Below are positions 11,307 through 24,179 of a DNA stretch of 64,000 nt, piece after piece. Positions within the stretch are counted from its first letter, which is position 1; the number at the start of each line of letters is the position of its first letter. Under the pieces are notes generated by a model. That model had not been told where the DNA came from, ran no database searches, and was given only the letters and a program-made list of their open reading frames with translations. Source of the DNA: Carcharhinus amblyrhynchos (taxonomy: Eukaryota). Where the stretch lies: the NCBI GenBank assembly GCA_965287045.1, contig OZ336875.1, forward strand, positions 51,956,001 through 52,020,000. The letters run 5' to 3'. Made by a program: the position numbers and the translations under genes.

Positions 11307-11609
11307 ATAGAATCACTACAATTCAGGGGGTGGCCATTCAGCCCATCAAGCCTGCACTGATGACAGTCCTGCTTGGGGCCTATCCCTGTAATCCCACATT
11401 TACCCTGCTAGTCTCCCTGACCATAGGGGGCAATTTCACATGGCCAATCCACCTAACCTGTACATGTTTGGATTATGGAAGGAAACAGGAGCACCCAGAA
11501 GAAACCCATGCAGACCAGGGGTAGAACGTGCAACTCCACACAGTGACCCGAGGCCAGAATTGAACCCGGGTCCTGCTGTAGGGCAGCAATGCTAACAACT
11601 GTGCTGCCC
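11307..11609 (-). mobile_element. HE1/V-SINE-like SINE
   Basis: catggccaatccacctaacctg, caactccacacag, aattgaacccggg, gctaacaactgtgctgccc. Confidence 0.8.
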
Positions 11610-11739
11610 TACATCTAATGCTTTTGTTGACTACTGTTTATAAGGGTTTACATCTAATGCACTATTTCCTATAAATGTCACTCATGATTACTATTTCTTG
11701 CCATTAATTTAATGATTGCGTTTAACGTTATTTAATTAG

Positions 11740-12070
11740 AAAGTAGTTGCATTTATATAGCACCTTTTGTGCACTCTGGGCATTGCATGATACTTTACAG
11801 ACAATGAAGTACTTCAGAAGTTTAGTCATTGTTGTAATGTAGGCAGCTAGTTTGTGCATAGCAAGCTCCCACAAATGGAATGAAGTCATGACTAGATGAT
11901 CTCCTTTTGGCTGGTGTAATTGAGATGGAAGTTGGCCAGACACTGGAGGGAGTGGAAGGAGTCTTGATTAAATATTTTGCAGGAAAGATAGTGCTGCACT
12001 AGTGTGTCAGCCTAGATTTTGTTTAAATTCTGGGTGGGACTCCCTCCTCAAACAGGAGAGCTATCACTAT
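11740..12070 (-). mobile_element. Ancient SINE, DeuSINE/SacSINE1-like
   Basis: ttgcatttatatagcacc..aatgaagtactt..gcaagctcccacaaa..gtgtcagcctagatt; related copies near 10935-11290, 16925-17135, 24750-24880, 31283-31810, 34080-34550, 58495-58850, 60100-60390; family name from recall. Confidence 0.55.
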
Positions 12071-12384
12071 CATCAGACTTTAGGCTAGTGTTCTTCTGAA
12101 ATTACTCTGTGCATTGTCAGTGCAGTGACAATATTAATGTACTTCATTGCACAATTACAGAATGAGAAAGGACCCTTGGGGGATGTGCTAGGGGATAAAT
12201 GGAAATCTGTTGGGATGACCAAGTCCTTCGGTGCTGAGAAAGAAGGAAATCCAGAATAATTTAAAAAGGATGGGGGCATGATGAGAAGGATATAAAGAGG
12301 GGACAACTCACTGTTGGAGCAGATGTATGTAAAGATGTTTAGAAAATTCAAGGGGCAGGGGCCCCAGAACATGGATGTCATGTC

Positions 12385-13215
12385 CAGCATAAGAATTTGG
12401 AAAATCGAATAACATGTTGGCTCAACTCACTTTCCATCCTACCCCATAATCCATGATTTCCTGAATGCCCAAAGATCACCCATCAATCTGTGCCTTGAAC
12501 ATGCTCATCGATTATGACACTCAGTCTGGAAGCTCCAACTAATGGAAACAGCCTCTCTGTGTCTGCCATGTCAAAATCTCTAAATGTTATATTAAAGCCT
12601 GGAGAATGTGGGCTACTTGTATGGAATTTCTTTCATGCCAGGGATCAATCTAATGAACTTTAATTGCTCCCTAAGATGCTTTGGGCAGGGAAATCAAAAA
12701 TCCTGTAAGCGTGGGTTCAAATTTCTTAGTCTTGTACACCAACCTAGCAGCAGTAAAGTTAACATACAATTTGGCTTCCTAATTGCTTGTCATATCTGCA
12801 TTTTAACTTTGATCTGTGTACAAAGATCCTCAAAACCAATGTTGCCTTTTTAAAAAATAGTTTTCTATTTTCCCCAATTAAATTCTGCATTTTTCTCAGA
12901 CTGTAGTCCACCTGCTATTATCTTTTCCATTCACTATATCATTTTGCAGCAACTTTTATGTCCTCAGATTTCTTTCCTATCCAGACATGTGTGGTCAGCA
13001 AACTTGGATCAGGGTCCTGTGTGTAAAACATCCATGTCATTGATATGGATTGTTAAGTGGCTGGCATCCAAATACTGGTTTTTGTGGTACTTCACTAATT
13101 TACAGCCTGAAAATGGATCATTTCTTTGAAAGCTGTTTTCTGTCTAGTTAACCTATCCTTAATCCAAGCTCAAATGTTGCCCCTGATCTCATGAGCCTTA
13201 ATCTTTGTGCAAGGG
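12385..13215 (-). mobile_element. Degenerate CR1 fragment
   Basis: Antisense RT-region motifs (gtggtcagcaaacttgga, ctggcatcc, acctatccttaatcca). Confidence 0.6.
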
Positions 13216-13734
13216 TTGTGATGGAGATAGCTGTAGTTTTGAGGATTGGCCACTGTAATGCCCATTTTTACAAAGACGAAGACATTAACTTAGACAATTA
13301 ACAGGTAAGTTTGTTTAACATCTGTTAGGGTGAATTTTTTAATGATGGATTTATGATGTGCCTAGATGTGTAAATGTTAGAAGTAGCAAACACAGATTTG
13401 AGCGAAGACTATCTTGCGTGGTTTTGAAGAGAAGGCAGATATCAGTGAAAGGCAATAGGTTTGCTGCACATGGACTATAGGCTTCAAGGATCCTTACCCC
13501 TCTGATATTCACTGTGTCCCCCCACCAACATTGCTGTTTTGTTCAAGCACTTGACCATCTCCATTTCTGTCTATATGGCGGACTGACAGCCCAAGCCCCA
13601 CACTACCATTGCATACTCGTACTAGAAATTAGTTGGCATTAGCTTTGGAATCTGGAAGGGTGGGGATTGCAGAGGGAGTTGCGTTGAACCTTCACAAGTA
13701 TAGAAACATTGTTAACTAATTGCTTCATTTTTAG

Positions 13735-13821
13735 GCAATGCCAAACTTGCCAGTGTCCCTGCTGGAGGTGTTGCACCTGCTGGTGCTACAGGTGGTGCTG
13801 CTCCAGCTGCCGCTGCTGTTG
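13735..13821 (+). CDS. RPLP2: 60S acidic ribosomal protein P2, exon 4 (Ala/Gly hinge)
   Basis: Branch-like ctaat, tttttag|GC; (G)NAKLASVPAGGVAPAGATGGAAPAAAAV; donor G|gtaagt; 87 nt, phase 1-1. Confidence 0.96.
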
Positions 13822-14367
13822 GTAAGTGCTCAACCTCAAGTTCAGCCTGTTTGAAGATTGGGGGTAAAATATAAATATGCTGTAGAATTGAATGCACAAG
13901 TTGACTTGCAACTGTAAAGATTCGAGCTTGAGGTGGGTGTGGGTTTATAGATTTGTGGCTACAACTTGTTGATTATCTCTAAATATTTAGCCAGTGTGCC
14001 CGCTTTTACAGTACATAGTACTGTAAAGCACTAGACTTAATTGTTTTCAACAGCATCACCAGTAAAGAATTGGTGGCATTTAACAATGGCATTTGAGAGA
14101 TCAAGGTGCTTGTGGTTAGTGGTAACTGAGGCCACAAGCTCGGTAGAAGTTCTGCTCGCTTGATTGATAACCTCTGGTGGGTTTTTTACAAAACTTTCAT
14201 TGATTTCAGAGCAATTTCTTTTGCTTATCTTTCTTATTTTGGATATCGGGTGGGGGTAATAAATTCTGGCTGAGCTAACAGCATCTGCATCCTGTGAAAA
14301 CAATTTCAGTAAATTATGTGACTGTACGGAAATGAAGATCTTAATTTAACTTTTTTTCTAACTTCAG

Positions 14368-14444
14368 TTGAAGAAAAGAAAGAGGAGAAGAAAGAAGAGT
14401 CTGAAGAATCAGATGACGACATGGGCTTTGGCCTCTTTGACTAA
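14368..14444 (+). CDS. RPLP2: 60S acidic ribosomal protein P2, last exon
   Basis: cttcag|TT; (V)EEKKEEKKEESEESDDDMGFGLFD* is the canonical P-protein C-terminus; total CDS 336 nt, 111 aa. Confidence 0.98.
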
Positions 14445-14457
14445 ATATAAAACTGTC

Positions 14458-14468
14458 ATTAAAATAAA
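14458..14468 (+). terminator. RPLP2: RPLP2 polyadenylation signal
   Basis: ATTAAA 14458-14463 overlapping AATAAA 14463-14468, followed by GT/T-rich sequence. Confidence 0.85.
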
Positions 14469-15094
14469 CTATTCTGTGTTTTAATAGATTGTCCCTTGTG
14501 TTTGTACAGTGGTATATATGGGGTTATTGGCAATCCAACAAATGAGCAGTAAAAGCAAATGGACTGGATTTCCTTGTGCTTCATGGACATGTCTACCACG
14601 TGACCTTTGAGCTGTTGTTTGCACCTTGTGTACAGACCCAAAAGTTGAAGACTTTGGATATGCTGACCATCCAAAGAAGCTATTAATGCTTCACTCCTTG
14701 TCTCTCTTCCCCTTATTTTCCAATTCAGATGAAGGGTCTAAAACCAGGAGTATTACTGTATACTGAATTGTGTATAATCACCATTTTTGACGTCTAATGG
14801 TTTAGTATGCGGGAATACTGTGCTTAGTCAGAGCAATAGATTTGGGGCTCGGTTTCTACTCAACTGTTGTTTTCATTACAGCTGGGTCAGTGCAAAGGGG
14901 GTGCTGTGGTTGACCATCTTGGTAATGGAGTGCTGCTGCTTGTGTACACAAGATGTGCCATGGTGCTCTGTTGAAGGGCTGTCAATAACTCCATCCAGGC
15001 TTGTGGATCAAATTACTTGAAGATTGCTGGCTTTTAAGTGTCCTGCCCTCTGCTTCCATGTCTGAGCTGAGGGAACCAGGAAGTGAAGAAAACA

Positions 15095-15730
15095 AGTTTT
15101 AATTTTGGTGAGAGATTTGCTTATCTTTGGCTGATGAGCTGGTGCACAGCTGTTGTCGTGGATGATGATTTGAATAAGACCTCCATTTAAGAATATTTGC
15201 TGCTTCTGCCTTTTCAAGAAGAGAGTTCCGAAGACACCACCTTGAGCAAGCACGTGTCACCTGTATTGTAAAGTGACTCCAAGATCTAGATTCTTCCACA
15301 AGAGGAAACACCTCCACGTTCACCCTGTTGAGACCCCTCAGAATCCAGTGTTTCGATCACATCACACTTTGAAACTTCAGTAGGTATAAACCTGATCTGT
15401 TCAAGTTTTCCACATAAGACAACCCAGTTCCGGTTGTTCCAGTTATTCATCTGGTAAATCTGAACTGCTTCCAAGGTTTTTATACTCTTAACTAAGGTGA
15501 CTGTCTGATTACCTTGAGACCCTGGAACCATGCTGTAATTTCTTCAATAGTTTCTAATATTTTCTCTACAAATATTAAGTTGACTGGCCTTTAGTTTGCC
15601 TTTTTGTTTTTGAATAATAGGACTGTCTCTGAATTTAGGGAGTTCCAGAAAATTAAAACCAAAGCATTGACTATTTTGCTAGACACTTATTTTAAGACTC
15701 TAGGATGAAGTCCAACAGGGCATCTGTGTA
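15095..15730 (-). mobile_element. Degenerate CR1 fragment
   Basis: Minus-strand ORF remnants (VFPLVEESRS, IKTLEAVQ). Confidence 0.65.
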
Positions 15731-18700
15731 GTTCTGCTTTTTACTCTTGTAATGAGAACTGTGAATCTGTACGAACACAAACAATAGTGTGAGCTGGGTG
15801 TCTCTAAAAATCTGAGCAAGAAACAGTGCAGAATAAGAGAATTCAATTGGGCTAACTGGAGGGGGAGGAGTATATTTCACTTTTGGCAGTGATTGAGGTT
15901 TTCAGGCTGCAGATCTCCAAAACAAGGAGACTGAGGGTAATGAAAGAATAGTTATATACAATTGGACATTTTTCCTTAAATATCCTGTATAAGACTGACC
16001 AAGTGGTGTGCCTTGGTGATGGAGGATGCTTATTTTCTAGGATCTCAGTAATAACTGCAGGTACACAGCAAATGGATTATGGAGGTAAAAATTAAACTAC
16101 GTGAAGTCAAGTGTGAAGAGACTTGTGTGGAGCATTAACACAATGGCATAGACCAGTTGGAACAAGTGGTGTTTGGGCAGTATAAAGTCCATGTGAAAGA
16201 AAGGTGTACAATATTTAATAATTATGCTTGTATTCCAAATTCTCATAATTCAACAGTTCATTGTGGAAAATATCCCTTTTGAGGAGCTTGCAACCAAGGG
16301 GCTCCAAATGAGTCTTCAGCCAGAGTAGAAGTTAGGCTTTGCAATTGGCCTCTAGACTAATGAAGAGGCAAATTAGTGATATTGATCAACTATCCAGTGT
16401 CTTCTAGAAGAGCGTGAAGTCAAATTGTCTCAACAGTTAGATTCAGGGTAAAACCCTGTTTTCAGTGTGTTGGAGTTTATTGAATATTTTGACACTGCAA
16501 CCTTGTGGACTGGTAGCCCATTTGCTCTGCCTTTGTATCTCAGTTGTACTGAATTTCTTGCCCTTGTGTTTTATGTAGGCTGCATGTGATTCATGTCAGC
16601 ATATTTTGGGAGTTTCTGATTCTGTAAGCTTGGCCCTGACTATATATGTGACTGTTAGGTGGCCTTGAAACATTATGTTTTTGATATTTCATTGGGTTGC
16701 GTATTTATCATGCCCAAGTTATGGATCGTGTGACTAAAACAGGGTATGGGAGGTGATAGTTGAGCATATTATGCCTCATTCACCAATTAATTATGGAAAT
16801 CACTTGCAATAATACTGTATAGGCACAGAAGAGAATAAGTTGTGCTTGCAACAGATTAATGTCAAATGTGGGATTTTGTGTGTGAGGTTGAGCTCTATTT
16901 TGTTTCCTCAGCCTATTCAGCATGGAGTACTGGCCACTGCTCAGTGGCTAGCACTTAAGTTTAGAAGACATAGGTTCAACAAATATCTAGGCTGACATTC
17001 TGATGCAGTACTAAGGGTGTGATATCTTTTGGATGAAATGTTAAACATAAGGCTCGCTACCCTCTGATGGACATAAAAAATCCCACAGCACCATTTTTGA
17101 AGAAAGTAAAAGGCACTGTATAAATGCACATGTTATACCTTTGGACAAATCTCTTGTCATTTCCTGGCTCTGCAGAGAGCTATGGAAAGCTGACTAGCAA
17201 TTTGACTTACTTGACTTCTTCAATTTATCCATGATGCTGATTATAAAATGTGTTTAATTTCCCACCAGTGTTGCCCTAATTTTAACATCTCCCTTTTAAA
17301 GAGCTGCTGTGCACGATATAAAATGATGCAAGGATTAATTGACAAGAACAAATCCTGATTAGACCAAGTATTTAGCATGTGATTTATAAATGTATCACAT
17401 CTGTCACTGGTTTGTAATTGGATTATCTGTTTTGGACTAATGCATGTTTTTCTACCATCTCCTGTACAAGTTAATTCTGTATTGAGCTACAGTTCCATCT
17501 GCATTCTCAGTAGCTCATGAAATGGACTATTCATGAGTCAACATTAAGTTGCTTGACTCCAATTATGTTGCAATGCAGCATGATACTCTGAATTACACCA
17601 ATCTGCTTGTCTTCCTATGAGCTTTTTAACAAGATTGTCACATGTTGAATCCATTAATTAAGATAAAATGCGGCATTGTTACCACAAGTGAGCTTAGTAA
17701 CTGGTGCAACAGTGAAACTAGGAAAGCATTATTTTTGCCTTTCACTGGATTAGTGTGCAGTTTTTTCCCCTCGACTTTCCTATTGATCACTCCTGGTGGT
17801 ACAACTCCAATACTACACTTGAGTATCAAGTTATTATCACTTCACTGTTTTTAGGGCCTAAATTGGCTTCCATGTTTCCTACATTACAGTGTCTAAATTT
17901 AAAATATGTAATTTGGCATTTAAAGATGTTCTGGGATTGTGACATGCTAAATAAATGCAAGTCTTATCTTGGCTTTTTCATGCAAGTCAAGTCATTGAAG
18001 TGCCTTCTCCACTCAATTACTTGCAGTAAAAAGTTGAATCCAGTAGCTTTTGATAACCATGCTAATGTATTTTTCAGAATAAACTGATTTCATTTTAAAT
18101 AGGGAGCCTGATATATTTGTCTTTTGTCCCCCCCAGCCTATGTATACTGAGTTTAACTGTGTTCAAATATCTACAGAAACTAAATTGGCTTATTTGGTTC
18201 TCGGTCATTTTGTGGTGTGTACAGCTCCCAATTCAATGAAACATGCATTTATTTGTTGGACTAAAGGGGAAAATCCAAATTGGATTGCAGTAGTCCCTAG
18301 TCTACTCATGATTAATTCCCATTTGTCCAATTTAAAAATTGATGGAAATCCATGTGAACAAACTCGTAACAAATGGGTATATTAGTCAATCTGATCCTAG
18401 AGCCTTCGTATCATTTAGTAAGCTAGTGCTGAGAGGTGAACGCAAATAGCGACTTGACAAATCATTCCCTACTCCTCCACTGCATGCCTAGCCCTGAAGA
18501 ATCAGTTAATTATAAGATATCTTGGAGTTGTCAGTTCAGAGATAGGGTCAGTATCTTAATTCTGAATATGCAGTACTTTTGTGAATAAATGAGGCAAATT
18601 TTCAAAATGAATGTTTGAACTTGTCACTTAAAGGTGGGCATAATGCTGGGCCAATGTAAAGTAGGTATTAAACAGGTGTGGGCATCTCTGACTGGGTCAG

Positions 18701-21700
18701 CATTTATTATCTACTTGCCCTTGAGTACAATTCAGAGTCAATCACATTGCCTTGGATCTGGAGTCACGTCACCAGGTAAGAATGATGGGTCTCTTTTCTC
18801 AGAGGACATTAGTGAACTAGGTGGGTCTTTACAACAATTGGCAATGGTTTAATGGTTGGATTGACAGGCTTTTAATTCAAATTTCACCATCTGTCCTGGT
18901 GTGGTTCAAACCTGGGTCCCCAGAGCAATACCCTGGGTTTTGGATAACTAGTTCAGCAACACTACCACTACCTGCTGCTGAGCTAGAGAATGGCATGTAC
19001 TAGTGAAAATCAGACTCATTTTCAAGGGGCAATCAGAGTTGGCTTTTTACAATTCATTCCCTCAGCATACACTATGATTTAAAAAAAAAAGACTTTCAGT
19101 GTCTGCAGTATTAACAGCCTAGAAGCATTGGGGTCAGGCAATAGCAGATCAGCAACATTTAAAAGGGAATAGAATGGGGAAGAGAGCACTGACTGAATTA
19201 CACATAGTATGGAATGATCTGTAAAATGCTTAGTTGGGGATGACAATGAAGGGCAGCGATGGCATATGCAGGAGACCCACAGAGAAATTAAGTAAAAGAC
19301 AATGAAGGATAAAGAGGGATATTTTAGTCAAATGAAAAGCATAAATGAAACTGACAAAGATACTGTTTGTGACCCAAGTCTGATGGAAGGAAAAATGTAG
19401 GTTAACATCCAGATCATCCTCCAACACAGCATTCTGCTTGTGGGAGCAAGGGCCCTTCCAAGGTGTGTCACAGGAGTATTATGAAACAAAGTACAACACC
19501 AAGCCTCAGAAGGAGACATTAGGTCAAATGACAAAAAGCTTGATCAAAGGGGTTTAATGATTGAATTAAAAGAGGGGGTGCAGTAAGAGAATTCCACAAT
19601 TTGGGAACAACGCAGCTGCATGGACAATAGTGGAGTGAATAAAGAAGCCAGAGTTAAAAGAACACGTCTCTTGGAAAGTTGTGGGGTTATTGGAGATTAC
19701 AGAAATTGGGAAGGAAGGGCATGGCCATGGAAGGCTTTGAAATATTGGCTGATAATTGCCACCCCAATCACCTGAAACATGTTTTAAAAGTTGGTTCAAG
19801 TACCTTATTATCAAGCTAACCAGGGGCAAGTACGGCAGATGAATTTTCCAACAGTGACACATTATTAAATATTTTGTCGCAAGTTTTATATTATCTATTC
19901 CATTTGAGAATCATGCCCATCCAAATTGTCCAGATGAAGGAACTGAGCATACACAGCAGTAAAAATCAGGAAGCTAGTGTTAAGATGGTAAAAGCAAAAT
20001 ACAGCATATGGTAAAATCTGAAACAAGACAGAAATTCCTGGAAAAACTCGGTAGATCTAACAGAATTCAGAATTGTTTCAGCTATTGCTATGATTTTGAA
20101 GGTAATGTGAATGTTACACCCGCATCAAAACAGTGCAAAGAAAATGTTGAACTTTATCTTTCACAGCAAAAACAGCCACAAGCTGCAAGTTTTAAGGGAT
20201 TTATATTTGTATTGACAATATTAGAAATAAGGTATAGTTTTAAGTGGTTTTAATTTAAGGAAGGATAAACTTAAAGTTAGATTCATGCTGGTCAAAGGTT
20301 TGGTCGGTGTGGTATGTGGGAGGATTTGCTTAGTTCAAACTGTGCTTACAGAGGGTTACAGTGTGTAAACACTGGGAGAAGCATAAAATTGATGCTTAGC
20401 AACCAGAGGCACCTTTTAAATAGGAAGTCTTTGACTTAGTTTTAGCTGGATATCAATTGAAGATAGAAAGCTGGGAGTGAACATCTCTCAGCTCCGCCAG
20501 AAGAACAGCTGGACAGGACAAAGGGTCCACAAAAAGATAGACTTCCCAAAGTATCAAATAAAGTGCAGATTACCAAAGATTTGGGGCTGAAAGCATATCT
20601 TAGGAAGATTGAAGTTACAAGATCAGACAGCTAGAAACAAGGTACTATTCAGGAGAATCGAAGGGAAAAGCAAATAGTGTTCTTAGTTAAAGAGACAACT
20701 GCAGTGGAAAAGCAGACTTCAGAGGTAATTCAAACGTTTGCTGCCAAACCAATGCCCTGTACAATTGCAGCAAAACATCTCTATTCCAATACTCAAATCC
20801 ATTTGCTATGAAGGCCAATATACATTTGCCTTCCTTTTTGCCTGCTGTACCTGTGTATTTGCCTTTAACAACTGGTGCATGAAGATACCAAACTTGCAGG
20901 AAAGCATTACTTAAAAAAAAATTGAAATGTTTTCAGAAAAGCAGAATTTGAAATCATTCATGTGAAAGCTGGAATTCAGTGAGACAAGGTGGCCCATGAT
21001 TTACAAATCAGCTGGGGGGATTTTGAGAAATCCACAGAAATTCAATGTCTGTCTGACCATAGCCATACAATGTGTTTTAAAGGTCTGCCTAAGATATACT
21101 TTGTAACCTGTGTTAACCTTAAAATCTGTGTACATTTGTGAAGCTAAGGTGGGGAGGAGGAAGTGAAGGAGTATTGTATCATAATTAAACTTTTCATGTT
21201 TAATTTATTTTTCTTAAAACTAGTTAGCAAACGTGTGACTCTGTTCCTGCATAATTTCTTAAAAAAAGTAAAAGTCACGATCTTTTTGAGTGAGGGATCC
21301 ATCTTGAAATCCTGGAACACCAACTGGGATTGTAACATCATATAATGTCTTTTAACATGGTAAAATATCTCAAAATACTATCATATAAAATTTGACATTT
21401 AGCCACAGGACAGGTTTCTTGGCAAAAAAGTGGATTTTTACTGTCTTAATGGAGGAGAAAAGGAGAGAAAGTTTAGGAAGGGAATTCCTGAGCTTACCTG
21501 GATAGCTGGAGACATGGCCACAAATGGAAAGGCAAGGGAAATCAAGAATGTACAAGATGTCAGAGGAATGTTGATTCTCAAATGATTGTAGGCCTAGAGG
21601 AGGTTTTGGAGGGAGGAGAGACACAGATATGGAGGGATTTTAACATTAGCTTCTCAGTGGGGTTGTTCAGCAATAATTAGCAACATTTAAAAACCAGTTA

Positions 21701-22699
21701 TACCTCATTCAAAAAGTGTGACCTTTCCAAGGGTTTTTACAGCATGAAAGAGGAGGTTTTGGTCATAAATTTCCCATTGTTTGCAGCCTGGGGATGCTGT
21801 AACAGTACAGTCTTTGGACAAGTATAGAATCACTGGCACCAACTTCTGCTTTCTCATTTAACCTCACGCAAGGAGATAAAGTTGCTGTCAGTTTCAGTGG
21901 AGTAATAAAGTTTTAAAGTTTATTTATGAGTCACAAGTAAGGCTTACATCAACACTGCAATGAAGTTACTATGGAAATTCCCCGAGATGGCTACTAGCAG
22001 CATTGGTGCAATAGCTGGGCTATTGCTTACTTTGCTGTTGTGTTGAGATTGAGCACCTGGAACAAAGTTGGGTGCATTGGAACTTGCCCTCTTGGTGCAC
22101 CTGTACTTCAGAAAGTGTCAACAACCGCATGGGAGAGAAGATGTATGATAAAATGAGGAAAGGATAATGATGAAAAACGAGTCAGATGTATTCATCAGCT
22201 AATAAGTTTCACACTAAACTGGTGGGACAAAAATGTTACATCATTGTTTATATCAAGAAGAAAACAACATCAAAAATATAGCAGCCGGATGCAAAAGCCC
22301 TATGAGATAGAAACTGAGAAAGCTGGAAAAACTCAGCCGATCAAGCAGCGTCTGCGGGAAGATGAAACAGAATTTATGTTTCAGAACAAATTATTTTAGT
22401 ATTTTGCTAACCCTGTGAGATATCTGTATTCATCTACTCTTGATCTATGAGTGCCTCTGATTTTAATCGTTCCATTGCTCCAGCATTGGTGGCTGTGTCT
22501 ACAGCTGTCTGGGCCCTAACCTCTGGAATACCCTCCCTAAACCTCTCCACACTGCTTTCATCCCTCAATGCATTCCTTACCGTCTATTTTACCACGCTTT
22601 TGGCCATGTAGTGGTTACAAAACTGAAGGAGGTCATTAAACCCATGTTACCCACTTCTTGCCCGAGCCACTCTGCTCAATCAGTCGCCCCCCTTTCATT

Positions 22700-23465
22700 T
22701 TCTCAGAAGGCTAAGGAAATTCAGTACGTCAGCTCTGACTCTCACCAATCTTTACAGATGCACCATAGAAAGCATTCTTTCTGGTTGAATCACTGCTTGG
22801 TATGACGTCTGCTCTTACCAAAGCCACAAAAAACCACAAATGGTTGTGAGCGTAGCCCAGTCAATCATGCAAACCAGCCTCCCATCCATTGATTTCGTCT
22901 ATATTTCCTGCTGCCTTGGGAAAGCAGCCAGCATAATCGAGGACCCCATAGACCCCGGACATATTGTCATTAACATGATGTTGGGAAAAAATTCTGAAAA
23001 CAAGTATCAACAGACTCAAGAACAATTTCTTCTCTGCTGCCTTCAGACTTCTGAGTGGTCCTATCATATATTAAGCTGATTTTTCTCTTCACATTATCTA
23101 TAACTGCAACACTACATTCTGCACTCTCTCCTTTCCTTTTCCTCTATGTACTCTATGAATGGTATGTTTAGTCTGTATAATGCACAAGAAATACAATACT
23201 TTTCACTATATCCTGATATGTAGAACCATTGAATCCCTACAGTGCAGAAGGAGGCCATTCAGTCCATTGAGTTTCAACCAGCCACAATCCCACCTAGGCC
23301 CTATTCCCGTAACCCTTCATATTGAACTTGCCAGACACCCTGACACTAGAGTTAATTTTATCATGGCCAATCAACCTAACCCGGACACCTTTGGACTCTG
23401 GGAGGAAACCGGAATACCTGGAGGAAATCCACCTGACAATATGCATGTGACAATAATAAATCAAA
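22700..23465 (+). mobile_element. Rex1/Babar-clade LINE 3' fragment, interrupted by a SINE at about 23221-23435
   Basis: YRCTIESILSG..ITAWY and VVSVAQSIMQTSLPSIDFVYISCCLGKAASIIEDPIDPGH; tail gtgacaataataaatcaaa resumes at about 23447. Confidence 0.8.
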
Positions 23466-23648
23466 AAAATCATAATTTTTTCTTCAGTTTCTTGATCAAG
23501 CACACATGAAGGAGCGGGCGGGGGGTTGCTGCTACTGGGGGAGTGTCATCTTTCCTTAATGTGGATATCTGAATTTGCTTTAAAGGGCTGTTTGTGATTA
23601 CAATATTTAAAAGACATTTGGACAAATAGGAAAGGTTTCGAAGAATAT

Positions 23649-24090
23649 GGCACAGTGGTTAGCACTGCTTGCCTCACTAGGGTCCTGGGTTCAATTCTGG
23701 CTTAGGGTCACTGACTCTGTGGAGTTTGCACATTCTCCCCATGTCTGTGTGGGTTTCCTCCAGGTGCTCTGGTTTCCTCCCACAGTAAGAAGTCTCACAA
23801 CACCAGGTTAAAGTCCAACAGGTTTATTTGGTAGCAAACACCACTTTAACCTGGTGTTATGAGACTTCTTACTGTGTTTACCCCAGTCCAACACTGGCAT
23901 CTCCACATCATTCCTCCCACAGCCCAAAGATGTGTGGGTTAGGTGGATTGGCCATGCTAGATTGACCATCATGCCAAAGGATTAGCAGGATAAAAATGTG
24001 GGATTATGGAAAAAGGGCCTGGGTAGGATTGTGGTCCATGCAGACTGGATGGACCAAATGGCCTCCTTCTGCACTGTAGGGATTCTATAA
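23649..24090 (+). mobile_element. HE1/V-SINE-like SINE carrying a nested 125-bp Penelope-type insertion
   Basis: ggcacagtggttagcactgc (box A-like), gggttcaattc (box B-like), gtggagtttgcacattctcccc; tail ctgcactgtagggattctat. Confidence 0.85.
23786..23910. mobile_element. Miniature Penelope-type terminal repeat insertion with inverted arms and 12-bp TSD
   Basis: TSD ttcctcccacag 23774-23785 / 23911-23922; arms 23781-23814 and 23843-23876 match 33/34; same sequence as the termini of the element at 36440-37301. Confidence 0.85.
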
Positions 24091-24179
24091 TGAGTCAAAC
24101 ACAGGCAAATGGGACTCGTTCAGTTTGGGAAACATGGTCAGCGTGGATAATTTTGGCCGAAGGACCTGTTTCCGTGCTG

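Noticed and set aside
13148-13215. cctatccttaatcc resembling the 5' end of SNORA52
   Set aside because: Lies within an antisense CR1 remnant and is explained by it
14585-14594. GGACATGTCT p53 half-site
   Set aside because: Single half-site, 3' of RPLP2 and far from the candidate PIDD1 promoter; the same 10-mer also occurs near 49255
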